From Escherichia phage JLBYU50, in the sequence record OK272470.1: a DNA stretch of 64,000 bases, one strand, 5' to 3'. The number at the start of each line of letters is the position of its first letter. Position 1 is the stretch's first letter. The position numbers were made by a program, and so were the translations under genes. Shown piece by piece: positions 23,310 to 33,248 of this stretch. A model generated the notes under the pieces. The model searched no databases. It was not told the origin of the DNA and was given only the letters and a program-made list of their open reading frames with translations.

Positions 23310-23858
23310 ATGCTTGTAGCTAGTGACCTTGTACCTATGATCCGCATATTGGTGTTTAATCCTTCACAAGAAACGCTTCCTGATGCAATGATTGAACAGA
23401 TCATTCAAACGTGGATAGATGTGCTAGGAAATGATGATGCCAATAAATGTGCCGTATTGTGGAACAGTCTGATCTCTGTACTTGAATATTTGTGGAATAC
23501 AGACGTACTAAATCATAATACACAGACAGGTGGTGCTCTTTCTAGAAAAGAGAAAGTTGGCGAAGTACAGGTTGAAGTAACCTTTGGTACTGGACAGACA
23601 GAATACATCTCACCTTGGGAAAATATCTATAAAGGATATCTTGATGGTGATATGATGATACCTGGTTGTACTTCTGGTAGAGGTGTAACGAGTAAAGTAT
23701 TAGTTGGTGGTGTTGATGCTCGTGAAATTGATCGTGTCAACAGTGATCCTAATTCAGTAAATGGTTTAGGTGGTGTTGGCAGTGTAGATCGACACACGAG
23801 AAATATCAAGTATGCCAGAAACTATGGCCCCATTGGTTACTACAGAAGGGATAAATAA
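23310..23858 (+). CDS. hypothetical head/neck protein (182 aa)
   Basis: ORF track; AGGAGG RBS. Confidence 0.4.
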   Translation: MLVASDLVPMIRILVFNPSQETLPDAMIEQIIQTWIDVLGNDDANKCAVLWNSLISVLEYLWNTDVLNHNTQTGGALSRKEKVGEVQVEVTFGTGQTEYISPWENIYKGYLDGDMMIPGCTSGRGVTSKVLVGGVDAREIDRVNSDPNSVNGLGGVGSVDRHTRNIKYARNYGPIGYYRRDK

Positions 23859-24346
23859 TGAAATGTGAGATCAAACGTGGCGATGATATGTCGTTAGATG
23901 AATATTTTAGTAAAATGCTGGCTCTGGATAATATAGAAATAGATGCTGGTTTTCTTACTGCTGTTCGCCATCCAGAATCAGATCTCACTATCCCTGCAAT
24001 TGCTGCCATACAACAGTTTGGTAATGAAACAAACAATACTCCTGCACGTCCGTTTTTAACGGACGGTGCAGTCCACGCCAGTAAAGAAATACCTAAGCAT
24101 TTTGATGAAGTGTTTAGAAATTATTTACTTCGTGGAAGGGGTTTAGCTGCCTTTGAACCTATTGCAAAAGTTTCACGAGAATCTATTGCTAAAGCGATTG
24201 CTCTGCAACGTTATAGACCGCTATCTCCTGTGACTATTAAAATCCGTAGAGATAAAGGTAACTACTCTTCTCATATTCTTATTGATACTGGACACTTAAT
24301 TAACAGTATTGAATCAGAAATCAAGAAGGGTCGTTCTAAAAAATAA
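23858..24346 (+). CDS. hypothetical head/neck protein (162 aa)
   Basis: ORF track; start overlaps upstream stop. Confidence 0.4.
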   Translation: MKCEIKRGDDMSLDEYFSKMLALDNIEIDAGFLTAVRHPESDLTIPAIAAIQQFGNETNNTPARPFLTDGAVHASKEIPKHFDEVFRNYLLRGRGLAAFEPIAKVSRESIAKAIALQRYRPLSPVTIKIRRDKGNYSSHILIDTGHLINSIESEIKKGRSKK

Positions 24347-24390
24347 CTTGCAATAAGTCTGTTTTTGATGTATACTAAAAAGGAGATACA

Positions 24391-24807
24391 ATGCTATTAG
24401 ACCAATTTACTCTCCTTGATCTAACAACGTATCAGGGTCGTAAAAGAACCTATGTTCAAGATCCTGATTCGCCAATTTCCAATATGGGTAATACAGTAGC
24501 ATACGAAGACTTTACAATAGAGGCTGCAAGTTTGCAACCAATATCAGGTAGAACACTTCAAGCACTGCCAGAAGGATACAGATCTAAGGCACAATATAGC
24601 TTCTGGACAAAAACAGAAATCAGAGGCATCCAGCAAGGATCAGATCAATTATCTGACCAAATACTAATAGATGGACAATGGTTTTCCATTTATTCTTTGA
24701 AAGACTGGACAAGAACATCTTTCTTAAGACACACACATTGTGTTGCTATTCTAGATGACCAGAATAACACCTACTCATATTCTGAGGAGGGTGGTAATTT
24801 TGGCTAA
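24391..24807 (+). CDS. hypothetical neck/tail protein (138 aa)
   Basis: ORF track; AAAAGGAG RBS. Confidence 0.4.
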   Translation: MLLDQFTLLDLTTYQGRKRTYVQDPDSPISNMGNTVAYEDFTIEAASLQPISGRTLQALPEGYRSKAQYSFWTKTEIRGIQQGSDQLSDQILIDGQWFSIYSLKDWTRTSFLRHTHCVAILDDQNNTYSYSEEGGNFG

Positions 24808-25456
24808 TATCTATGAACAAATTGAATTGTATGAAAATACGATATTATTAAATATCGCTAAGTTCTTACAAAGACTAGTGGGGCTTCCGGTTTATGTTAT
24901 GGATAAACCATTTGTTAAACCAACAACCCCATATCTGACATTACGTATTGTATCATCTGATGATTCAGGTGGTTGGTCACAAAAATATTCTTTTAGTGAA
25001 GATGCGTTTTCCTATCTAATGGACAATAAGTATGAAATAGAACTTATGGCTTTTAGAGGAAGACCCATGACACTTTTAAGTTATGTTCTTGCGGCACTTC
25101 GTGGTGCAGATGAATTAAAATACCAGTATCTTTATTCCAAAGGTATTAGCTTCTTATCTGCAACAAATGTTGCACAGGCTAACACTGTTCTGGATGGAGA
25201 TAAAACTGAACAAAGAGCGAGAATATTTCTTACATTCAATACTACGATGGTTATTGAGGATTTAGTAACTACCGAAATTGAAGCAATTAATATGAACATT
25301 CATTCGTTCAGAGATGATTACGATGATCCTACTCCAATAGATCTTCCTTTGGATAAGATTTACATTGTTGCTCACAGAAGTAAAACTTATTACTTTACGA
25401 CGACTGATGATGGATCATTAATTAAGTATATCCCAACGGATAATTCATTGGAATAA
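24800..25456 (+). CDS. hypothetical neck/tail protein
   Basis: ORF-track frame; probable TTG start at 24800, 9 nt after GAGGAGGG, overlapping upstream stop. Confidence 0.4.
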   Translation: MANIYEQIELYENTILLNIAKFLQRLVGLPVYVMDKPFVKPTTPYLTLRIVSSDDSGGWSQKYSFSEDAFSYLMDNKYEIELMAFRGRPMTLLSYVLAALRGADELKYQYLYSKGISFLSATNVAQANTVLDGDKTEQRARIFLTFNTTMVIEDLVTTEIEAINMNIHSFRDDYDDPTPIDLPLDKIYIVAHRSKTYYFTTTDDGSLIKYIPTDNSLE

Positions 25457-25476
25457 AGTTTCTAACAGGAGCATAA

Positions 25477-26883
25477 ATGGCAACTTTTCGTGATAAGGTA
25501 GTTTCCGTAACCCTTACCTACGGTGCTACTTCAATTAGTGAAACACAGTTTGATATCCCTCTAATTCTTACAGGGCATAACGTTACTGGCAATCTTGTAG
25601 ATTATTTCACTTCTTCAGACGCACTTCTGCAAGCAGGTTTTGGCACTGCCGATCCAGCTTATAAAATGGCAAAACTACTATTTGACGGTCTGTTCGCACC
25701 AGAACAAGTTATCGTCGGTAAGCGTGATGTTTCTAAAACAACTCTAACTCCAGTAGTTGAAGATAGTGCAACTTACGTTATCACTATTAAAGCAAATTCA
25801 AAAAGCAAGGACTTCAAGTTTGTTGCCGATGATACTGCAACTGCTCAAGAGATTGTTGTTGGTTTAACAGAAATGATCAACGCAGACGTAGTGTATAAAG
25901 AATTTTTCACTGTGTCAAACGATGGTAGTGTTATCACTGTAACCCCAGTTGCAGGTAAATACGCTACTATGGATAGTTCAGGATTCACAACTAATGTAGA
26001 ATATGCAAATGATATCTTAGAAGATATTGCTAAAATTGCAGACTATGAAAACAGTTGGTTCTGGTTACTATCTGATTCTCACGCAGAACAAGATATTATC
26101 GATCTAGCAGGTTATGTAGAAGAGCACGATAAAGTGTATTTCTTCTCTACCTCGCAACCAGGTGTTCTAACTAAAGAAGAAGATAACATTCTAGAACGCT
26201 TAGGTGATATGGGCTACAATAACACTTGTATGGCATTGTGGATGACTAACGCTGACACAGTGTTCCCAGAGGCTGCTGTAGTTGGTTCTATCTGCTCTGC
26301 AACACCAGGTACTACTACCCTGCATGGTAAAACCCTTGTTGGTATCGAGATTGAAAAACTTGGTCAGACAGCAGAAAACTTTATTGTTCAACAGAATGGT
26401 AATATTTACCGTAAAGAACACGGTGTTCTGTTCTACCGTGATGGCTTCATGGTTAGTGGTTTCTATGTTGACTATGTGGTACACGCTCTGTGGTTCAAAG
26501 CTCGCGTAGAAGAATCTCTGTTCGCTCTATTCAAACAGCAATCTATGCTTGGTAGTGGTGTTAGAGCAACTTCTGCTGGTCTTGCTTTGATTCGTCAGGC
26601 TGTTACTGCAAACCCAATCCAAGTAGGTATTAACAATGGTTCTATTGCCAATGAGGTAGTAACTTCAGAGGAAACAGGACTTCTGGTAAGCCTTAAACCT
26701 ACTATCTATATCCCATCTCGTGCAGATATGACTGATGCTCAAATCAATGCACGTTTGGTTGATGGTATGGTTATTGAATACGTATATGCTGGATTCTTCC
26801 ACTATGTTAAAGTGCAGGTAAACGTTCTGACGAACCGCACTGCAAATAGCCAGAATTCCAATAGCTCTACTGTATCTTCATAA
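25477..26883 (+). CDS. tail sheath protein (by size and position)
   Basis: 468-aa ORF immediately upstream of a 159-aa tube-sized ORF, then chaperone and tape measure: canonical contractile-tail order. Confidence 0.55.
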   Translation: MATFRDKVVSVTLTYGATSISETQFDIPLILTGHNVTGNLVDYFTSSDALLQAGFGTADPAYKMAKLLFDGLFAPEQVIVGKRDVSKTTLTPVVEDSATYVITIKANSKSKDFKFVADDTATAQEIVVGLTEMINADVVYKEFFTVSNDGSVITVTPVAGKYATMDSSGFTTNVEYANDILEDIAKIADYENSWFWLLSDSHAEQDIIDLAGYVEEHDKVYFFSTSQPGVLTKEEDNILERLGDMGYNNTCMALWMTNADTVFPEAAVVGSICSATPGTTTLHGKTLVGIEIEKLGQTAENFIVQQNGNIYRKEHGVLFYRDGFMVSGFYVDYVVHALWFKARVEESLFALFKQQSMLGSGVRATSAGLALIRQAVTANPIQVGINNGSIANEVVTSEETGLLVSLKPTIYIPSRADMTDAQINARLVDGMVIEYVYAGFFHYVKVQVNVLTNRTANSQNSNSSTVSS

Positions 26884-26891
26884 TTAAAAGC

Positions 26892-26912
26892 AGCGGGGGC
26901 AACCCCGCTTAT
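26892..26912 (+). terminator. stem-loop AGCGGGG-GCAA-CCCCGCT (weak U-tract)
   Basis: perfect 7-bp GC stem after sheath gene; downstream tract is TATATG, so more likely attenuator or stability element. Confidence 0.3.
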
Positions 26913-26941
26913 ATGAAAAGTAGTATAAAAGGAGATCCACT

Positions 26942-27421
26942 TTGGATAAAATGCTTACTGGCGTAATGGCCTATGATCCTTCTCAAGTAATCCTGTCTTT
27001 GGGTGGTTGGGAACCTTGGGGTTTCGCCGCAGATACCAAAATTGTTATTAACAAAACTAACGATATTATCAACCCATATTCAGGTACTGATGGTGACGTT
27101 TCCTTGGCGCTTAGTCGTAACCGTTTAGGTACGCTAACAATGTCACTGCAACGTACTTCCCCAGCAAACGAAGTTCTTGCTGCTTATGCACAAACGATGT
27201 ATTCTACTCGTCAAGTAGCATTTAGCGTATATCTAGAAGACCCTCGCGGATATTATATCAGCACAATTGGTTGGATTCAAAGCCAACCGGACGACACTAT
27301 TGGTGAAACTATTCAAGAAAACCAATGGGTAATTGGTCTTAAAGATGCAAGCCTACTTCGTTCTACTGTAGGTGTTGGTGTTAACGCACTTAACTCTATT
27401 AGTGCTCTAACTATTCAGTAA
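26942..27421 (+). CDS. tail tube protein (by size and position)
   Basis: 159-aa ORF after sheath gene; AAAGGAG RBS; followed by terminator. Confidence 0.5.
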   Translation: MDKMLTGVMAYDPSQVILSLGGWEPWGFAADTKIVINKTNDIINPYSGTDGDVSLALSRNRLGTLTMSLQRTSPANEVLAAYAQTMYSTRQVAFSVYLEDPRGYYISTIGWIQSQPDDTIGETIQENQWVIGLKDASLLRSTVGVGVNALNSISALTIQ

Positions 27422-27424
27422 CAA

Positions 27425-27450
27425 AAAGGGCAGAAATGCCCTTTATTTTT
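27425..27450 (+). terminator. rho-independent terminator after tube gene
   Basis: AAAGGGCA-GAAA-TGCCCTTT followed by ATTTTTA. Confidence 0.6.
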
Positions 27451-27464
27451 AAAGAGAGGAAATA

Positions 27465-27947
27465 ATGGAACAACAAAAAGATAATACTATTGCAAAATTT
27501 GCTCGTCCAGAAGTAATGGTTGAAATTGATCTGGATGAAGGACGCAGTGTAAAATTTAGAGTTCTCAAGTGGAGTCCAACTAAAGTTTTTGAAAGGATTC
27601 CAGAACTAGGTAGTGTACTAGCTGTTCCTATGACAATGTATAATACTGCTCTTATGTCAGCAGATGAAGATCTAGAAGCTCGTATTGCTATGGCGCTGAT
27701 CCAGTTATTCAGTGGTCTGGAAGAAAAAAACTTAGCCGCATTCTTACGTAAAATTTTAGATGAAGTTTACACAGAAGCAGGTCACAGTGTTTCCGATAAT
27801 TTTGATGAATTGTTTTTTGCTCACCCAGAATTAGTTGTTGACTTAGCTGCAAAAGTTCTTGAGGTGAACTATGCCCCTTTTTTCAAACGAGGTTTCGGAA
27901 AACTGTTGACCCAATTTCAAGGAATAGAGACTCTAGCGAAGAGTTAA
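27465..27947 (+). CDS. tail assembly chaperone (short, in-frame product)
   Basis: 160-aa acidic ORF between tube and tape-measure genes. Confidence 0.5.
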   Translation: MEQQKDNTIAKFARPEVMVEIDLDEGRSVKFRVLKWSPTKVFERIPELGSVLAVPMTMYNTALMSADEDLEARIAMALIQLFSGLEEKNLAAFLRKILDEVYTEAGHSVSDNFDELFFAHPELVVDLAAKVLEVNYAPFFKRGFGKLLTQFQGIETLAKS

Positions 27948-28222
27948 GTCCGGCAATTAAATCAGCAATTGAAATTGCCTCACAAACCCTTAGCTTGACA
28001 TGGTATGAAGTAATTCTTTGTAAGGTAATTAAGAATACCTCCGAAACCTTGTCCTCGTTAGATAATTACGGTGTAGATTATCTACTTAAAATTTATGAAT
28101 ATTTAACATTTGAAGACTATGTACAAGATCTTCACGTTAAAGATGCGGATATTAAACGTGGTCAACAGAGAACAATAAGAGAACTGGATACGGCTATGAA
28201 AAAATTAATTCCAGATTCATAA
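27465..28222 (+). CDS. tail assembly chaperone, predicted -1 frameshift fusion product
   Basis: joins 27465..27884 to -1 frame 27884..28222 (no stops in the shifted frame across 27878-27995). Confidence 0.4.
27878..27884 (+). other. slippery heptamer T_TTT_TTC (candidate -1 programmed frameshift site)
   Basis: X_XXY_YYZ heptamer in the zero frame of the chaperone gene; the -1 frame is open from here to 28222. Confidence 0.45.
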
Positions 28223-28241
28223 GTAATACGGAGGATTACCC

Positions 28242-30221
28242 TTGTTAGAAATTAACACTTCCAAGATTAAGAATACAGTAACGTTTACTGTAGATAAAGA
28301 CAGTTTAAAAAATACTAAAGACGCAATTAAAAACCTTAAAACTTTTACAGAATCTATTGAACCATCTTTAAATATGACTAAAATGCGTCGTCAGTTTAAA
28401 AGTATGGAAGAGTATGCTAAAAGAATAAGGCAGCAAATGTCAGGTCTTGGCGGCGGTAATCCTCCACCAATCCCACCAACCGGAGGTTCAAGTGGTGGTG
28501 GAAAAGGAGGAAGTGGCAGAGGTGGTTCTGGATCTTCTGGAGGACGTAAGACACCGGAGGAAAGAGCCGCAGAAGCCGCCGCTAAACGTGCAGCACTTGC
28601 TAATATGAAGCAAGACGATTTTAGTTTTAAAGCTATGCCTTTTACAAAAGCAGACAGCAGAATTCTAGAAAAATCTAAAAAGATTGTAGAAGAAACTCTT
28701 GAACTTTATCGTAAAGGCGTGATTACTAGCCAACAAATGAACAATACTTTGGCTAGACAGTTAGAAGAACTACGCAGATCTCATAGAGAGAAGAATGCAC
28801 AACTTCTTGATGAAGAGAGAGCTAGACGTAGAATTGCCCGTCTGCAAGAAGCAGAAGATAAAAGAAGACAGCGTGTTCGAGAAAGAGAAAGAAAGGAGTT
28901 CGAACGTCAGCAAAGGAGAGAAAAAGAAGCAAGACAGCGAGATAGACAACGTAAGCTATCTGGTGTAGGTAATGCTGCTATTGCTCTTAACCCTGCTATG
29001 TTTGGTGCTGCTCTTTTAGGTGCTGGTTTATATCAAGGCATAAGCAAAATAGCTGAAAGTATCACAACTGCGGCAGAACGTATTAATATGGTTAGTAAAG
29101 GTGGTCAGAACGTACAGGTAAACCCTAATGCAATTTTAACAATGCGTACTTGGGGTGAGATGAACGGTGTAGACTCTGCCAGCATTATTAAAGCCATTGA
29201 CAATATTAAAGACGTTCGTGAACGTTTAGGTAATACTGTACTCCACTCTGAATTTGATGAAAAATCAGGTAAATGGAAAGGTGGAGATAGTGGTATTAAT
29301 GAAATCATGAACCAATTTGGTTGGTCGAAAGAAGATGTTGCTAAATTCCAGAACAGACCTTTAGACTTTGTTCAAGCACTTGTTAATGAAGGTCAAAAAA
29401 GAGGAATGAACTCCGCGCAAATTGGTCGTTTGATGGAAAACCTTGGTGATGACTTAATGCACTACCAACGTATGTTTTTGGATAACGGTAAAGAGTACAT
29501 GAAAGTCTTGGATATGTTAAAAAATTCAGGAGCCACTCTTAACGATGAAAACATCAAAGCAGCACAAGATTTTGTTAAGCTAAGAGCACAAATTAGTGCA
29601 GCAGGAGAAGGTTTTACCAATAACTTACTTATAGGATTTATGGATGGTTTAAAATCTGCACCAGATTTTGCAGAGAATATGAAAACTTTCCAAGAAGCTG
29701 CTCGTGGTCTTGGTGAAATGTCTGGTAGTATTGTAAGTAGCCTTGCAAAAATTGCGAAATATTTCCTTGATTTTTCAAATAAGGTTGGGCCAAAAAACAA
29801 TACTAAAGAAGCTGTAAGAGATTATTATAATGGTACGCAGTATGGGTACGATGCACAGGTTGGTGGTAATCCTTGGGCTTATTGGCCTATTGGAAGAGAT
29901 CAACATCTACCTGAAAATCAACCTTTAGGTAACTTTGATAGTAGTTTCTTAACTAGTGCCTTAAACCCAAGTGCTTCTAGTATCGGTTACAATAGACCTG
30001 ATTTAACAGCATCTATGCTAACACCACGCCAAGGTGTTCCAGTACCGTTAAGTGTAGAGAATACGGTTGTTATCCCAGACAACGCATTCCAGATTAATGT
30101 TATTCCAGATGGCTATGGTTTTAGTAATTATCTAGATGCGACAATGAATACCAGTTTTAGTAACTTCTCACAAGGCTTAACTCTTCAGTTAAGCAGTGGA
30201 CAATCTTCTACTGGTGGTTAA
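28242..30221 (+). CDS. tail tape measure protein
   Basis: 659-aa ORF after chaperone pair; Gly-rich tract GGGNPPPIPPTGGSSGGGKGGSGRGGSGSSGG, Arg/Glu-rich coiled coil; TTG start after ACGGAGGA. Confidence 0.65.
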   Translation: MLEINTSKIKNTVTFTVDKDSLKNTKDAIKNLKTFTESIEPSLNMTKMRRQFKSMEEYAKRIRQQMSGLGGGNPPPIPPTGGSSGGGKGGSGRGGSGSSGGRKTPEERAAEAAAKRAALANMKQDDFSFKAMPFTKADSRILEKSKKIVEETLELYRKGVITSQQMNNTLARQLEELRRSHREKNAQLLDEERARRRIARLQEAEDKRRQRVRERERKEFERQQRREKEARQRDRQRKLSGVGNAAIALNPAMFGAALLGAGLYQGISKIAESITTAAERINMVSKGGQNVQVNPNAILTMRTWGEMNGVDSASIIKAIDNIKDVRERLGNTVLHSEFDEKSGKWKGGDSGINEIMNQFGWSKEDVAKFQNRPLDFVQALVNEGQKRGMNSAQIGRLMENLGDDLMHYQRMFLDNGKEYMKVLDMLKNSGATLNDENIKAAQDFVKLRAQISAAGEGFTNNLLIGFMDGLKSAPDFAENMKTFQEAARGLGEMSGSIVSSLAKIAKYFLDFSNKVGPKNNTKEAVRDYYNGTQYGYDAQVGGNPWAYWPIGRDQHLPENQPLGNFDSSFLTSALNPSASSIGYNRPDLTASMLTPRQGVPVPLSVENTVVIPDNAFQINVIPDGYGFSNYLDATMNTSFSNFSQGLTLQLSSGQSSTGG

Positions 30222-30226
30222 TGCAT

Positions 30227-30256
30227 AAAGCCTCGCTTCGGCGGGGCTTTTTATTT
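30227..30256 (+). terminator. rho-independent terminator after tape measure gene
   Basis: AAAGCCTCGC-TTCG-GCGGGGCTTT followed by TTATTT. Confidence 0.65.
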
Positions 30257-30259
30257 GTC

Positions 30260-30289
30260 TTGACAAAGAGTTGTTTTTCGTGATAAAAT
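30260..30289 (+). promoter_or_regulatory. sigma70-like promoter with extended -10
   Basis: TTGACA 30260-30265, 18-nt spacer, TGaTAAAAT 30281-30289. Confidence 0.5.
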
Positions 30290-30336
30290 GAGTGATAAGG
30301 GAGAATGTTTCTTATCACATTAAGAGGTAAAATTAT

Positions 30337-31047
30337 ATGGCAGCAAACACTCCAGAACAACACGTTCAAGCGGTTTATAAAGCGGAACAAGATATAAATT
30401 CTACAAAAAACACAAATAACTCTGCCTCTACTGTGAAAGGGGAGAATGGTTTTTGTATTTTAGCAAGTGTTTACAATAGTGCAAGTGATCAATATATTCA
30501 AAACTACCAAGCTATAGTTTTTGATGCTGTTCCAAATATCGGTGTAAAACGTCAAGCAGATGTAACTAGTTATCCTGTAGAAAATGGAGCTAACGTATCG
30601 GATCACGTTCAAGTTAAAAATAATACTTTCTCTTTATCAGGAATGATTACAGAGACACCTGTAAGATTAATGCGAGATATGCTATATAGTGCTGGTGTTA
30701 ACGGTACTCGTATCAGTCAAGCAATTACTTACTTAGATAAAATATTTGATGAAAGACAGCCTATCATTTTAATAACAGAACATAAGGTGTATGAGAATGT
30801 TATTTTGAAAGGCATATCATATGAATATCAAACAGAATATGCAATGCAATTTGACTTGGAATTTGAACAAGTAAGATTAGTTTCTTACGGGGAAACAAAT
30901 GCTATTGCACTTAAGACAAAACCAAATAAGAATACAGGTGTTAAAAACAAGAAAGGTACTAGTCCAGATGCTGATTTGGATGCAAGAACAGGGAAAGCAA
31001 CTGGCACAGAACATCTTAGTGATCACAGTGCAGATGGTAAAAAATAA
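30337..31047 (+). CDS. baseplate/tail structural protein (236 aa)
   Basis: ORF track; RBS AGAGG; position in baseplate block. Confidence 0.4.
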   Translation: MAANTPEQHVQAVYKAEQDINSTKNTNNSASTVKGENGFCILASVYNSASDQYIQNYQAIVFDAVPNIGVKRQADVTSYPVENGANVSDHVQVKNNTFSLSGMITETPVRLMRDMLYSAGVNGTRISQAITYLDKIFDERQPIILITEHKVYENVILKGISYEYQTEYAMQFDLEFEQVRLVSYGETNAIALKTKPNKNTGVKNKKGTSPDADLDARTGKATGTEHLSDHSADGKK

Positions 31048-31058
31048 GGAGAAAATTT

Positions 31059-31478
31059 TTGGCTATTTCATCTTATTCAAAGATCAGTAGAAGCACATCT
31101 AATAGTGGCTACAATGCAGTATTTATTGATCGAAATTTAGGTTATTATTCTTGGTACTTACCTACAGAACAGTACCCAGACCAAACATATACAGTAACTC
31201 TCGATGGAGTAGATTATGATATACGTTTGAGATGGAATACAAGAGATCAAGCGTGGCAAATGCAATTAGGGTTATCAGGAGACAACCCTAGTGTAACTTT
31301 TAAAGTAACCAATGGTTTAGATCTTCTAGAACCATATAAGTATATAGAATCTGTGCCGGATGGTCAACTTTATTTGGTAGATACTGTTAAAATAAATGGT
31401 AGACCTAATTACTATGACACAGGTGTAGATAAAAGATTTGCTTTGGTTTATATCGACGCTCTTCCATATCAAGCATGA
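31059..31478 (+). CDS. baseplate/tail structural protein (139 aa)
   Basis: ORF track; TTG start after AAGGAGA. Confidence 0.4.
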   Translation: MAISSYSKISRSTSNSGYNAVFIDRNLGYYSWYLPTEQYPDQTYTVTLDGVDYDIRLRWNTRDQAWQMQLGLSGDNPSVTFKVTNGLDLLEPYKYIESVPDGQLYLVDTVKINGRPNYYDTGVDKRFALVYIDALPYQA

Positions 31479-31494
31479 TAAAAGGAGTTTTTAA

Positions 31495-32505
31495 ATGGCA
31501 GAAGAAAGAAATTACACAAAAGCTCCTGCACCCAATCTAAACAGAGCATACAAACTGTTAATAGGTACAGCTACTAATACTAAAGAAAAAAGGACAAAAA
31601 ATTCCTCTTTCAAATCTACAGTAGACTTAGATACTAAACTAGGGGATGCTAAAAAATCAACCCCTAATTTGTATGTTATTACGGAGCACCAAATATCTTT
31701 CACAATAAGAAAAGATAATAATAAAGATCCTAATCAAGCCGAGATAACTATTTATAACCTAAGCGATGATACTGTTAATTATATTAACAAAGGTATTCGT
31801 AACAACTTGGCGGTTGCTTTAGCGGTAGGTTATGAAGGTCAAGAGTTAATTATGATCTTTAAGGGAACGGTGCAATGGGTGAGTGATACTTTTAACAATA
31901 CAGACAGACGTACAGTGTTACATTGTCTGGATGGTGGTATTAACATCTCCGAAGCAAGGACAAGCAGAAGCTATCCGAAAGGTACAAAAGTAAGTAAGGT
32001 TGTTAAAGACTTAGTTAAAGATTTAGGTACTACAGAAGGTAATATTCACGTAGACACAGAGAAAACTTTATCATCTGCAACAGCTATGTGTGGTAACACA
32101 TCACATTACTTAGAAAGTATCTGTAAAGGTATTGATCATAATGTGTCAATACAAGATGGATCTGTTTACGTAACACCAAGATCACAAATGTCTAGTGCAA
32201 GATGCGCATATATTAGTGCAGAAACAGGTTTAATTGGTAGTCCAGAACCTTTCCACAACGATATTAAACCGACACAAAAAGTAACTAAATCTTCCAAGAA
32301 AGCTAAAAAGCCTACAGATGGTGTTAAGTTCAGATGTGAAATGAACGGTGCTATCTTACCAGAAAAAACTGTTTGGCTCAAGAGTCATAACTATGATGGT
32401 GGTTTTAAGGTGGTGTCTGTTGTTCATACAGGAGATAGGGAAGGTAAAGACTGGACAACTGAAGTAGAGTCTGTATCTGTATCTGCAATTATTAAGAAGG
32501 GATAG
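31495..32505 (+). CDS. baseplate/tail structural protein (336 aa)
   Basis: ORF track; AAAAGGAG RBS. Confidence 0.4.
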   Translation: MAEERNYTKAPAPNLNRAYKLLIGTATNTKEKRTKNSSFKSTVDLDTKLGDAKKSTPNLYVITEHQISFTIRKDNNKDPNQAEITIYNLSDDTVNYINKGIRNNLAVALAVGYEGQELIMIFKGTVQWVSDTFNNTDRRTVLHCLDGGINISEARTSRSYPKGTKVSKVVKDLVKDLGTTEGNIHVDTEKTLSSATAMCGNTSHYLESICKGIDHNVSIQDGSVYVTPRSQMSSARCAYISAETGLIGSPEPFHNDIKPTQKVTKSSKKAKKPTDGVKFRCEMNGAILPEKTVWLKSHNYDGGFKVVSVVHTGDREGKDWTTEVESVSVSAIIKKG

Positions 32506-32507
32506 AA

Positions 32508-33245
32508 ATGGATGCTTTAAATTTTGTAACAGCAATCCGTGGATTAATCAACGAGCAAGTTGCGGAAGTACATACATCTTTACCTGTAAGGGTAATTGGT
32601 GTAGATTATGGATCTAAGACAGTAACTTTAGAATCTATCGTAAAAAATACCAGATCTACTGAAGATGAAATAGATTACCCAACATTCCACGATGTTCCTT
32701 TTATGGTAAATGGTGGTGGTACAGGTAGAATTTCATTTCCAATTAAAGCAGGAGATATTGGTGTTGTTGTCTTTTCAGAAAGAGATCCGTCGAATGCTTT
32801 CCAGACAGATGGAGATACAGCCAGCAGCGGAACATTAATTCAACCTTGCGGTTTGTATCCAGCCTGTTTTATTCCTAAGATAGCAACAGCTACAGATTCT
32901 TCAGAAGAAGTAGATTCTGAAAAAGTTGTTATCTCAAATAATAAGCAAACTTACGCTTCGTTTGATCCTAACGGTAATATATCTGTGTACAACACACAAG
33001 GTATGAAAATAGATATGACACCAAACAGTATCGTTCTTACTGATGCAGGAGGAGGAAAACTTACACTGCAAGGCGGGACTATGACATATAAAGGTGGCAC
33101 TGTAAATTTAAACGGTTTAACAATCACACCTGACGGTCGTATGAAAGATAGTGGTGGCATTGGTTTACACACACATACACACCCTGTACGCGGTGTTGAA
33201 ACTGGTGGTAGCACTGTTACTTCCGACAAACCAAATGGAGGTTAA
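32508..33245 (+). CDS. baseplate central spike-like protein with His-rich tip motif
   Basis: 245-aa ORF; C-terminal LHTHTHP (33163-33185), plausible metal-binding spike apex. Confidence 0.45.
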   Translation: MDALNFVTAIRGLINEQVAEVHTSLPVRVIGVDYGSKTVTLESIVKNTRSTEDEIDYPTFHDVPFMVNGGGTGRISFPIKAGDIGVVVFSERDPSNAFQTDGDTASSGTLIQPCGLYPACFIPKIATATDSSEEVDSEKVVISNNKQTYASFDPNGNISVYNTQGMKIDMTPNSIVLTDAGGGKLTLQGGTMTYKGGTVNLNGLTITPDGRMKDSGGIGLHTHTHPVRGVETGGSTVTSDKPNGG

Positions 33246-33248
33246 CAG

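Noticed and set aside
30208-30390. Minus-strand 60-aa ORF spanning the tape-measure terminator and downstream promoter
   Set aside because: It covers a clear terminator hairpin and promoter on the + strand and has no RBS; judged non-coding.
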